A DNA stretch of 49,663 nucleotides, counting the filler, from Rhizocarpon geographicum (Eukaryota), in the NCBI GenBank assembly GCA_964257585.1. It is 2 parts of 2 records of this genome, joined end to end, with 100 filler letters (N's around TTAATTAATTAA, not from the genome) between each part and the next. Parts side by side here need not be neighbours in the genome. Positions count along the whole stretch, not along the records: positions 24,894 to 49,663 come from CAXVFU010000330.1; 1 more part is not named here. One strand, written 5' to 3'. A program made the translations under genes and the position numbers. The notes under the pieces were generated by a model. It was given only the letters and a program-made list of their open reading frames with translations. It searched no databases and was not told the origin of the DNA. This document shows, in pieces, positions 37,345 through 47,283 of this stretch. Within the stretch, counting starts at the first letter, position 1; every line of letters starts with the position of its first letter.

Positions 37345-39519
37345 ATGGCGGGAACCAAAGACCAGGAGAATACCGAAAATTCAAACAATGCTGAGCTGGA
37401 CTCGCTTTTCAGTGATTCAATTCCTTCGCTAGGACCTCGCCTCCTCGAGGGCTCGATACCTTCATTAGGCTCATACGGGGATACAAACACTTCGTTGACG
37501 CAGTTGCCAGAAAAGCCGCAACAAACATCACCTACCCTTTCGGAATTGCTGCGCCTTCTAGAGGAAGACCCAAGACAGCAGATGAATATAGACAAAGTTC
37601 TAGTTACTGGTAAAAACTCCCAAAAATTAAGCTATCCAGATCCAGATGAAACCTTTCAAAGCACTGGGCCATATCCTTTGCTAAATAACAACATCTCCTC
37701 TCAAGCAGGAGTCGTCATGAAAGAGAGTACTCCCTCTAAACCAGATCCCACTAACTCCCTGCAACAGGACATCAAGCAGCCGCAATTAGTACCGGAGCCT
37801 GAGCCAATGCAAAAGCAACTACCGCGTGTTCATCCTTCTAAGAAAACGAAGAAGCTTTACAAGGGGCAAAAGTCACCACCACCACCACCGAGGCAGCGAT
37901 ATAGGCCAATCTTACCGAAAGGGTACAAGCCTCCTCAACAACCACAAGTAGAGCCAGAAGTACATCAGGTATTTGCGTACCAGCCGTCAACTAAGCAGCC
38001 AAGCCTGCCGCAGACGAATCGGCAGAAACCCTACTCGCTTTTGCGGCCACTCCAAGCACAGCAGTTCCAACAAAAGCTTAATCAAGCGCAGCTATTCCAA
38101 GAGCGGCCGCTTCAGACACAGCCGCTTCGAACACAGTCCTTCGAAGCGCAACCGACACGACCATTTCAGACGCAGCCGTATTATCAGCAGCCTCACGAGC
38201 AACCAGATTTCTTACAGAAGCCGGTGTATGATCATATGGGACAGTTATTAGAGAGAGCATTGACTTCAACTGTACTTCCGCCCACTATTAACGGAACCGA
38301 CATATGGCCGGAAGACCTAGCTCTGAATAACTTTCCTTTTACTTCGACCGTACTTACAGCCCCTATAAACGGAACCGACAGTTGGCCCGAAGACCTAACT
38401 CTACATGATTTTCCTTTCACGTCAACAGTACTTCCATCCCTTACCCGCGAGGCTGACACGTGGCCTGAAGACCTAGCTTTGGACGACCCTCCTATACCAG
38501 CCGATCTTCTGGCGCAACAGCCAGGTCCATCACGGATCACCGCGCAAACCAGAGCGAAGCAATTAGCATCTCGAGCCTCCCGACAGACCGAGTACGACGC
38601 AGAGGCCCATTATACACCCCTCCCGTATGTTCCACAGAGCTGGGGTTGTTTTAGGTATACCAGATTCGGTGAGCTACAACCCGGTGATACATTCACCGTA
38701 GCGCAAATCCTTCACTACCTCACAAACCATCCCAATCATACCGATCCATCTCGACAGCTCATGCTCTGGATCCAGCGGCTTCCCGCAGATTCAAAACTCC
38801 GCTATCCAAACGGTAAACTCAGCCATAGATGCAGGTTCGAAGCCTGTCCCGGAGAATTCAACCTCATCAATCAAGGCCATTACCGTGTTGCCTTTGATGA
38901 GCTCACTCATAGCCACCCCAATCACAACCCCATGCATAACGCCGGGTACGTGCATCTATTCTGTTTCGAACGCTTCCTCGACTTCCCAGAGCTTTGCAAA
39001 TTCCTTGACATCCGTGTCGAAACTCGTACTCTTCCGAACGAGCCCAAGGGTAGAAACGGCATGATGTTCAAGACTTCAGCGGAGGTCTGGCTCGCCCAAG
39101 CCTTTATCGAAACCTGTCGAAAAGATCTAACGCCCGATGGATATCCTCACTGCTCGCTCCCTAACCGCCCGCACGAGGGTACACTAACGCATAGACTCAC
39201 GGTCAAGAAACTCGAAGGCGAGACTACTCATGAGCGAGCAGCGAGAGAGAAGCGCGGTGGTGGCGACAGCGTCGTTTCGGGCCATCTCGGGGATCTCGAG
39301 AAAGAGGCACGAGCGAGAAGCGTAACAAGGCAGCTGGTAAACCAAAACCGGGGCGGAGTCCCTGCTAAGCCGAAAGCAAAGCTGGGACCAAAGCCTGGAA
39401 GCGGGCAGAGTAGGAGGAAACGGGGAGGTGACGATGATGTAGAGGATGAGAGACCGAGGAAGAGACGAACGGTCAAGACCGGGAAGAGAAGGCAGTCTTT
39501 GTCTGTTATAGAGGAATAG
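37345..39519 (+). CDS. Uncharacterised 724-aa protein: Q/P-rich N-terminus, 3 x 26-aa repeat, Cys/His domain, basic tail
   Basis: A long uninterrupted ORF with an ordered-looking domain LWIQR.PADS..RYP..CRFEAC..YRVAFDE..GYVHLFCFE and an NLS-like RPRKRR. Confidence 0.8.
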   Translation: MAGTKDQENTENSNNAELDSLFSDSIPSLGPRLLEGSIPSLGSYGDTNTSLTQLPEKPQQTSPTLSELLRLLEEDPRQQMNIDKVLVTGKNSQKLSYPDPDETFQSTGPYPLLNNNISSQAGVVMKESTPSKPDPTNSLQQDIKQPQLVPEPEPMQKQLPRVHPSKKTKKLYKGQKSPPPPPRQRYRPILPKGYKPPQQPQVEPEVHQVFAYQPSTKQPSLPQTNRQKPYSLLRPLQAQQFQQKLNQAQLFQERPLQTQPLRTQSFEAQPTRPFQTQPYYQQPHEQPDFLQKPVYDHMGQLLERALTSTVLPPTINGTDIWPEDLALNNFPFTSTVLTAPINGTDSWPEDLTLHDFPFTSTVLPSLTREADTWPEDLALDDPPIPADLLAQQPGPSRITAQTRAKQLASRASRQTEYDAEAHYTPLPYVPQSWGCFRYTRFGELQPGDTFTVAQILHYLTNHPNHTDPSRQLMLWIQRLPADSKLRYPNGKLSHRCRFEACPGEFNLINQGHYRVAFDELTHSHPNHNPMHNAGYVHLFCFERFLDFPELCKFLDIRVETRTLPNEPKGRNGMMFKTSAEVWLAQAFIETCRKDLTPDGYPHCSLPNRPHEGTLTHRLTVKKLEGETTHERAAREKRGGGDSVVSGHLGDLEKEARARSVTRQLVNQNRGGVPAKPKAKLGPKPGSGQSRRKRGGDDDVEDERPRKRRTVKTGKRRQSLSVIEE
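38263..38490 (+). repeat. Three tandem 78-bp coding repeats (TSTVL...D.WPEDL.L..FPF)
   Basis: Units start at 38263, 38341 and 38419. Confidence 0.9.
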
Positions 39520-39978
39520 TTTTCAAGCGGGAGTTCGATTCGAGCCCACAAAAAGTCCAAAGACATAAGTCCAAACCTATACTCCTGAACTACAAGTAGG
39601 ATCTGTCATTCCTACATGATGGAAGGGGTTCCTCGATATTGTGAAAGTATTACGTAAATACAACGGTTCTACCAAAGTGGTAATTATTTTTTATAGAAAA
39701 ATTTCACATAATTACCAACGAAACGGGTTCGCTACACATGGATTTGTCTTCGTCTTCAAACTTGTAAGTGACTTCATCATCGCGTGGTCGATTTGAGCTT
39801 CAGATTCGATCGAATCGTGTTGCGTTGAAAAGTGAGATTTCGGTTCGAGACTTGATGTGTAGAGTACATCATGCATACCATGACTATCGTAGTGATCCGT
39901 TTTTCTCACACGTACTCGACATCGACATCCACAAATCTAGCTCTCCAGATCCACAAACCCCACACAGAGTAAATCTTC

Positions 39979-40441
39979 ATGAAAATCACCCTCCCATACC
40001 CCCCCATATTCCCCCTGCTCTCTCCTCACTCCCCTCACTCACTCACCTCACCCACTCACCTCCTCACACTTCATCATCAATATAACCAACCAGCACCCGT
40101 TCGAAGCACCATTCTCGATCGGTCAAGTATGGGGTATCTTCCAGGAGTTTGAGAAACTTGAAGGGGAGTATGGTGGACATAGGTCGATTGCTAGTATGAG
40201 TGCGTATGAGTGCGAGGGGAGGATTCATGATGGAATTATTCATAGATGTAGGTATTTCCGGCGAGTTGTTGTGGACCTGTTGACTGGGTGGCTTTTGCGA
40301 GACTTCAAGGTGATCGGGAGAAGAGAAAATTGGAATACCTTGGGTCTCCTTTCGGTGGTGACCTTCTCTACCGGCCACCAAGCTCTACTCGTAATAATTG
40401 TAGGATTTTCGTTGAAAGGTTACGTTCCTACCTCGAGCTAA
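39979..40441 (+). pseudogene. Possible frameshifted small secreted protein
   Basis: ATG 39979 gives MKITLPYPPIFPLLS. A frame change in the CT run near 40020 continues LLTPLTHS... with no stop until 40441. Confidence 0.3.
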
Positions 40442-40552
40442 TTTCCGTACAATATAAAACCCAGCCATTGCCATCGCTGGTCTCTGCTCCGATGGTTTAC
40501 CTTTGTTCGTCGACCCAATCTGTCGCTGTCATTGACCTATCCGTGACTCACT

Positions 40553-41890
40553 CTAGCCTATAAACTCCGCATACTTCATCCACACCCTATCCTCCCGCAG
40601 CCTCTCCACATCATCCTCCCTCAACCCGAGCACAACATCGATCCCCCCCTCCTCATCCTTCGGCATGAAAAACGCCCACCCACCCGCGGCCGCGAAGCGG
40701 GGCTTCCGCACGAACTCCGGTTTCCCCAGCAGTTCGCCGAAATCGCTACCGTAGATGGGCAACCCGGTCCACGACGAGATGAGGAAATCCCGATCGAGGT
40801 GGTTCGATACATGCGGTATCGTCCGTTTGTCGCGAACGGAGCGAAGTAACGTTACGAAGGTGCGGAGGTAATGGCCGTCGATTTCGTTTGTGGCGCTGCG
40901 AACAAGGGGGGAGATTTCAGGGAGGGAAGCTCGTAGAAGGGAGGAAATCGGAAAGGTGGTGTTTGCGCATATGACAACATTACCTATGAAGCTGGCGGGA
41001 AGTGGGGGAGAGCAGTGACGGCGGGCGTTGATCGCGCGGACGAAGGTTGAGTTGCTGGTGAGGTCGAGACGGGAGGAGCGGGCTTGGGTGACGGCACGCC
41101 AGGTTAGAGCGGCGAGGGCGTCGTCCGTTGAGATCCAGGTTGCTGGCGGAAGGTTCTGGGATGCTTCGTCTTTTATTTTGGTGAGACTGGAGCGGGAGAG
41201 GTGGAAGGAGGTCCAGATTGGTTGGGGGTGGACCGGTGCCGGGGCAGGCTGGATTTTGATAGGGTCATGACGGAGGTTTTCGTGGGTCAGTGCTTTCTCG
41301 CCTGGATATAAGGACGGGAAGGCGGCATTCCGGTCAAGGTTTCCGGCTGAGATGTCCGAGGGTGAGATTTCTTCGCCTCGACATATAGTGGCAAACATGC
41401 GGATCAGTTCGCCTAAGCTGTTACCGTCGAGGGCTGTGTGCATGGCCGAGAAGCAGAGGATCAGTCCACCTCGGATGAAATTGGCTTGAACAATAAAAAC
41501 GGGTGCCACATCGGTATTCGTTTTAGGACGCGCGTTTTCGGGGGCGATAATCTCGCCATCGAGCATCCTGAACGGCGCTTTGGCGCTGCGAATTTCATCG
41601 TAGGAAGGAAATTCACTATTAAGATGCTTAACACGGAACATTGAGCTCTCAAAATCCGTTAAAGCTATTATTTTTAAAACACCGGAAGTCGGTTCGGTAC
41701 TCTGAGAGTCATCTTCATGAATTATCTGCCCCTGAAGATAGAGGAATACCTTGGAAAGAGCCTGGGTTGCGTGCTGTAGAGTCGCCACTACCTTTGGGAC
41801 GTCCGTACCTTTCGTGAGAGGAAAACAGAGAAGTATCTGAGTGTAGAGTCTAAGAAAGGGAAGCTGGTCAATTGGTCCGAGTTCTATCAT
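40553..41890 (-). CDS. Tri101-like CoA-dependent O-acyltransferase (transferase/BAHD-like fold)
   Basis: It has N-terminal LYTQILLCF, catalytic HxxxDG (HTALDG), STDDALAA and DFG..LGKPEFVR.P. The gene has no intron. Confidence 0.9.
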   Translation of the reverse strand: MIELGPIDQLPFLRLYTQILLCFPLTKGTDVPKVVATLQHATQALSKVFLYLQGQIIHEDDSQSTEPTSGVLKIIALTDFESSMFRVKHLNSEFPSYDEIRSAKAPFRMLDGEIIAPENARPKTNTDVAPVFIVQANFIRGGLILCFSAMHTALDGNSLGELIRMFATICRGEEISPSDISAGNLDRNAAFPSLYPGEKALTHENLRHDPIKIQPAPAPVHPQPIWTSFHLSRSSLTKIKDEASQNLPPATWISTDDALAALTWRAVTQARSSRLDLTSNSTFVRAINARRHCSPPLPASFIGNVVICANTTFPISSLLRASLPEISPLVRSATNEIDGHYLRTFVTLLRSVRDKRTIPHVSNHLDRDFLISSWTGLPIYGSDFGELLGKPEFVRKPRFAAAGGWAFFMPKDEEGGIDVVLGLREDDVERLREDRVWMKYAEFIG

Positions 41891-42639
41891 GATGGTGTCA
41901 ATGTAAGAACTTCAATCCTGGGATCCGCTGTTCCTCTATAGATAACACTTGGATCTGGCTAGATAATCATGCTTCTCTCGAAGGGCGGACGCTGTCTCTT
42001 CCTCGAGCCTGAGCGGTTAGGTTTCAGATGTATCTCTATGATCACGAACTCAGAATACTTCAAGGCAACACATGAGAATGTATAGAAGAAAGAAAAACCC
42101 GAAGTCTACGCGTGTGTATTTAAATGAAAAAACAAAACCAAGAGAAGAATTAAGCCGGCGAATAACTGACAGCGGAGTGAGATCGACAGGCAGCCACAGT
42201 AGCCGCAGCCAGATCTTCTCAAGCACCGAATCGTCGGGCATACAAGCGGGGTCACCACTACAAGCCGGTTCTGGCTATAAGCGGGTGTTCTATATCGCCG
42301 GAGATGTCCATTGGTACAATCTGAGTCGTTAGCATGTATGACATTTTTGAAGACTAAACATGGTGTTGCGCAAGGAGGATACACGAAAGATCCATCCTCT
42401 TTGGAGGTCGATTGTTGAGGAGCTTCACAACCTTACACTGCCTCTGCTTCTTTGAAGGCTTGCATAGAGGAGCTATGGTATGAGGCCAGGAATATAGTGA
42501 ACAGCGTTCGGGAATGACAGCGAGCCTCCCTTTATCACACCTCCTTTTCCGACACGTCTGGCGTGTCTAGCATGCCTATTTGGTGATGACCGGGTCTGGA
42601 CAATAGGCGGATATAGGCAACAAGTGATTCAGAGACCTC

Positions 42640-42739
42640 TGTTAAGGATCGCCTCTCAGCCTTATGTAATTAGCCGAACGAGTATATGTAGCCGCTCACC
42701 TCGATAGCAGAACATTAACCGTCACCACGTCTATTAACA
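42640..42739 (+). mobile_element. 100-bp solo LTR with 5-bp target-site duplication
   Basis: Inverted termini are TGTTAA...TTAACA. ACCTC flanks it at 42635-42639 and 42740-42744. A near-identical copy starts at 49611. Confidence 0.88.
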
Positions 42740-45608
42740 ACCTCCTTCCAATTAGCATAAGCGTGCACGCCTATACCATCGTCTGATAGCCCCTCGTTTG
42801 GTACTGTAATTTGGGACTATATAGCAGGCGATCATCACTGGTAGTAGCAACTTATCGGAGGCCTGTATGTCGCTCGCTCCGAGGCTCCTTATCATCAAGA
42901 TCTATCGATGAATCATTGTTCTATAGAGCTATATGGATCGTGGAAGTCACGACAGCAGTCGCCTCACAGGCACAGGGTTACACCGCAGGAGGAACAACCA
43001 AAACCAAGTCTGCATCGATATATTCGATGAGAGCAATAAGAAGGATGCATGCGAAGACCTTCACCTCCTGTTATGGACGACAGCAGGGTTCGTAGTAGCG
43101 CTCCCGTTGATCGTACCCAACACTGAAATGTCCCATTCCCAGACGAGGGGATAAGGTAGAGTATGGCCGACTACTTGGTACTTTCTAAGCTCGCGTCAGC
43201 GACAAATCCGAATTCTTCTCCTCTTACCAATTCGATAACGGGAGAGCAAGCCAACTGTCGATGTGACTCTTCCCCAAGGTTTACTCATTGAAACACTTTC
43301 ATGGGTTATTCCTTCATTGTTGCATGACGAAAGGTACACCAGATTTTCCAGCAATAGGCACGCACGCAGGGTTGACGTACCTTAGCCGGGATCCACAATC
43401 TAATCTTAGTTTGGCGCTAGCAATCTGTCTCGGCAAAACCTACTCCACCTATTGATATATCTTTGATATCAGGCCGAGGCGGCACTTCGCTATGGAATAA
43501 TTCGGTGTTGGCCTTCCTACACCGGACTCAAGCTACTGATAGCCGCATCGAGGCCGCGACAACCTGTCTTTTCTACTAGCAGTATGCGCGAGGTCTTAGT
43601 ACGTACGTCCTGGCATACTGTAACGGAATATACCTCGGTTTGTCCATATGATAGGGTTACCGGTACTCTCGATCCTGCCTCTTGTCCGATGCAAACCATG
43701 CATAGATGTCTTGTCCGCTAAGTCAAGGCGTGCCGATCATTTCATGGATAGCAGGGGCGGCAAGAGTAGCGCCCGTTGCTGAATCTAGAATCAAGGTCTC
43801 GTTCAGATCCTCCTTGATCATAGATGGAATGTCGAATATTCTGTAGACCAGACGCTCTTACTTCTAAGGGAATCAGTACTAACATATGGAATCCAAAAGA
43901 TGCGACCACGCTAGAAATGGAGTAAGAGAGGGTTTCACTGATCCTGCCTGCATGCTCCAATAATTTTACTGGACACGGAAGATAATTTTGCTTTCATGTC
44001 CCTACCAAGCCAGAACACTGAGTGGACAGGTATGCCAGTACATAAAGGTTGATCATAAGAAAAGCATTGCTTCTTAATTCATTGTCACGATGTGTATATA
44101 CGGTCTTGCTGAGACCTTTTTCGCATGCATCGATTTGGCCCGGTGTTGAAGCCAGCGGGTTTTGAGTGATAAGAGGCTGAAGGACCTTGGGGGTGCTGCT
44201 TTGACAGAGAGTCATCTCCCAATCCCATGGCCTCATAATATCCCAAGTGGAGGCTTCTAGCCCGTTTTCCATTCGAATGTGAGTCTTGGGTGCCACGCTA
44301 GCTTTACATAATCGTCTTCTGATCCACCACTATAACGTACCACTATACTGTTGCTCAGTACAAACCAGCTTTCTGCTATCGAAGAGAAATACCATTGAGA
44401 CCGGTCAATGCTCACATGATATAGATGGGTCTCGCCTAGTGTGAAAATGAGAGTGAGCTGGGTAAGGTATACAGCATTTGTAGCTGAGAGGAGTCTTTTG
44501 TTGTATTTTAAGTACGCAGGATGAGATGTGTTAGTAGTCAGCCTCAAGTAAGACGTGTTCTTTGGACCATGCAGTAGTAGTTTCAAGGTAGGTATTCTGA
44601 TTCTTAGGTTTTCTTTCTCTGCGATCATTGAATGAAATTGGTTTTTGTGTAACTTCAAGTTCAATTGTCTCCACATATGTTGCTTCTACCACATACAGAG
44701 GGCAACATCGCCCTTTCCACAAATAATATCATCATAGTCATCATGGGAGGTGTGGCGACACGTTGATGAGCCCTTTGATTTTGGATGAAGGAGAACAGGA
44801 TACTTGCGCCTGAAATCTGCAAATCTGTTCTAAGTTTCCGAGTGGTGAAATCACCAATCCGACCAGTGATATAGTCATAGCCACGCTGGGGTCACGTATC
44901 CGACATATTGGTCGTATGTTATCGATTGCAGACAAGAAGGAACAGAAATGACTACCCCAGTTTTGGAGTTTGTATTTTACTACCGGTAATTCACATTCGA
45001 TATACACAACTGTCAAGCAGGATGTTGTTTGCAAGGCTGCTAAACCGGCTGTGAAAATAGCATTGCCTTAGACCGGGCGGTTGAATGTGAGCAGGACAAC
45101 AATCGTGTACAGCATTCGAAGGGCGCTTAGAAGTGCGTGAGCTCTCAAGACACCGAACCACAAGAGGCCTCTTACCTATGTAAGTGCCTCGACAAGGTAA
45201 TCGTTCTACCGAAATTGTGGCTAATTACGTGCAGCGACCTCGACAACGCAGCAGACTCTTTTTACGCCATTCGAGACACATCCTGCGCCGGGCCGTCCGG
45301 TGATTTCATTTGTAACTCTCAAGTCAGATATCATATTTAAGTGGTAATAATGTTCTGTATATATGCTCGACTATTTGAAACACGAACTCTCAACCTTACG
45401 GGCTCTGACAGAGGTTGATTGGACGCCATACTTGGAGCGTAAAAGCCGATACGTTACACTTCAGCCGTGCGCCAGGCTAAGCGCCGGGGATGTGGTATAT
45501 GATGGGAAATTATATAACGATTCTGTCTCCAAACCCACAGGATACAGGCGTCTATAGCTTTACTCTGTCGATTTTCCGATCTACAGTTGAGGCTGTTCGA
45601 GAGAGAAC

Positions 45609-47127
45609 ATGGTGAGTTTGTGACATCTTACTCTCTTTAGCACAGAAATCTATAAATCCAATTGATTTCCGCCTCGCTATCATATAAAGCGTCTGGGCAA
45701 CGCCGCTTGATGTGCTATTACCGCTCCACTCTCAACGGCTCTCTAGATCACCCTCAAGAAAGTCATATTTTCATAGACAGCTCCTCGAGATTTCGATAAC
45801 TAACATTTACAACAGCCAAGTATAGGCCTAATCGAACTCTATGTAAGCGAAGCTCCAACTATTGAGTATGAATACATCCTAAATGCCAATCTGATGACCC
45901 TAAGCTTATACTACCTCAGCATAATCGCCGTCCACGGCCTCAACGGCGATGCCCTGAAAACATGGACACACGAATCCGCAAACGTACCCTGGCTGTCAGA
46001 TCCTACTTTACTTCCTGGCACAATACCCAACGCGCGCATTTTGAGTTGGGGTTACAATGCGGATGTGGCGGCCTTATTAGGAAGTACGTCGTCGGATCGG
46101 ATCTTACAACATGCGCAGACGCTTGTTGCGCAGGTGCAGGCGGATAGGGAGGTATGTTTTTCGTGTCAAAGAGATTCATTATCTAGGTGTGCTCTAGGGT
46201 CATTCTGGTGACACCATATGAAGGCTTGTGCTGATGAAGTGGGCGATAGATCGAGGGAGCGGAGACGAGGCCAATCATCTGGCTGTGCCATTCACTGGGT
46301 GGAATAATCGTCACGAGAGTAAGTTGGCGTGTATGCATTGGTGCTCTGAAAGGCCGATATCTAAGAAGAAATTCGCTACCAACCTCAGATTGCAATTGAT
46401 TTTATGAGCTACTATCACAGTGCCGGAGGGCCCTTTGGGCCACTCTCCCAACCCGCGCTGCGCAAATCCTCTTTTGGTATCGTTCAGCTAATCAAGTTGT
46501 AATAGGCACTAGCATACTCTGCGAGTCGTACTTCAAAATCCATCGCTCATCTCCATTCGATCTTCGTGTCCACATATGCAGTTCTGTTCTTCGGGACGCC
46601 CCACAGTGGTAGCGACCGCGCGAAGATGGCCAGTACGGCCCAGCGTATGCTCAGCAGCTTCGCTCCCAAGAAAGTGGTAGATACGCAGAGTCAGCTACTC
46701 GATTCTTTGCAGGCTGGTTCGGAAACCCTGCAGAATATTACTGATCAGTTCGCGCCGTTGATGAAGCAATTTCGCATCTATTTCTTCTGGGAGCAGGAGA
46801 AGACCGGGCTGGGATACACATGGGATTATGTAGGAAATAGTTGGTTGATTTCGAAAGTGGTGATTGCTAATCTATGATTGTCAGATTGTTGAAGAATCAT
46901 CGGCAGCTCCGACGTTGGATAACACAGAGCGCTCGGGTATCGCAGCAAACCATTCCAAGATGTGCAAGTTCCAGGACAAGAATTCGGCTGGGTACCGGAC
47001 CGTACTCGCCGCATTGATGAGGTACACGCGTGATGCACCAGCGACTATCGAAGTAAGGTGGGTCCATGCTAAAGAGATGCTTCGGAAAAGGAGGATCAAC
47101 GAGGCTTTGGAGATGACCGAATCGTAA
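45609..47127 (+). CDS. Stand-alone SesB/SERAC1-like alpha/beta hydrolase
   Basis: Motifs are IIAVHGLNG..TWT, ARILSWGYNA, RPIIWLCHSLGG, FFGTPHSGS and ANHSKMCKF. Introns are 45612-45815 (least certain), 45866-45919, 46152-46249, 46319-46505 and 46830-46884. Confidence 0.85.
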
Positions 47128-47283
47128 TCGTGGGTTTGTACTCTTTAGAATTTGGGCTAATAGTTACTTATTGTTAAGGTCCTTCGAGATCACGCGTCTT
47201 TACTTTGTGATGATTTTTGGTCCTACTATTCCAATGATCATGCTGAATAGCTTCCAAGCCTATGTACCTCCAGCTAATCCACC

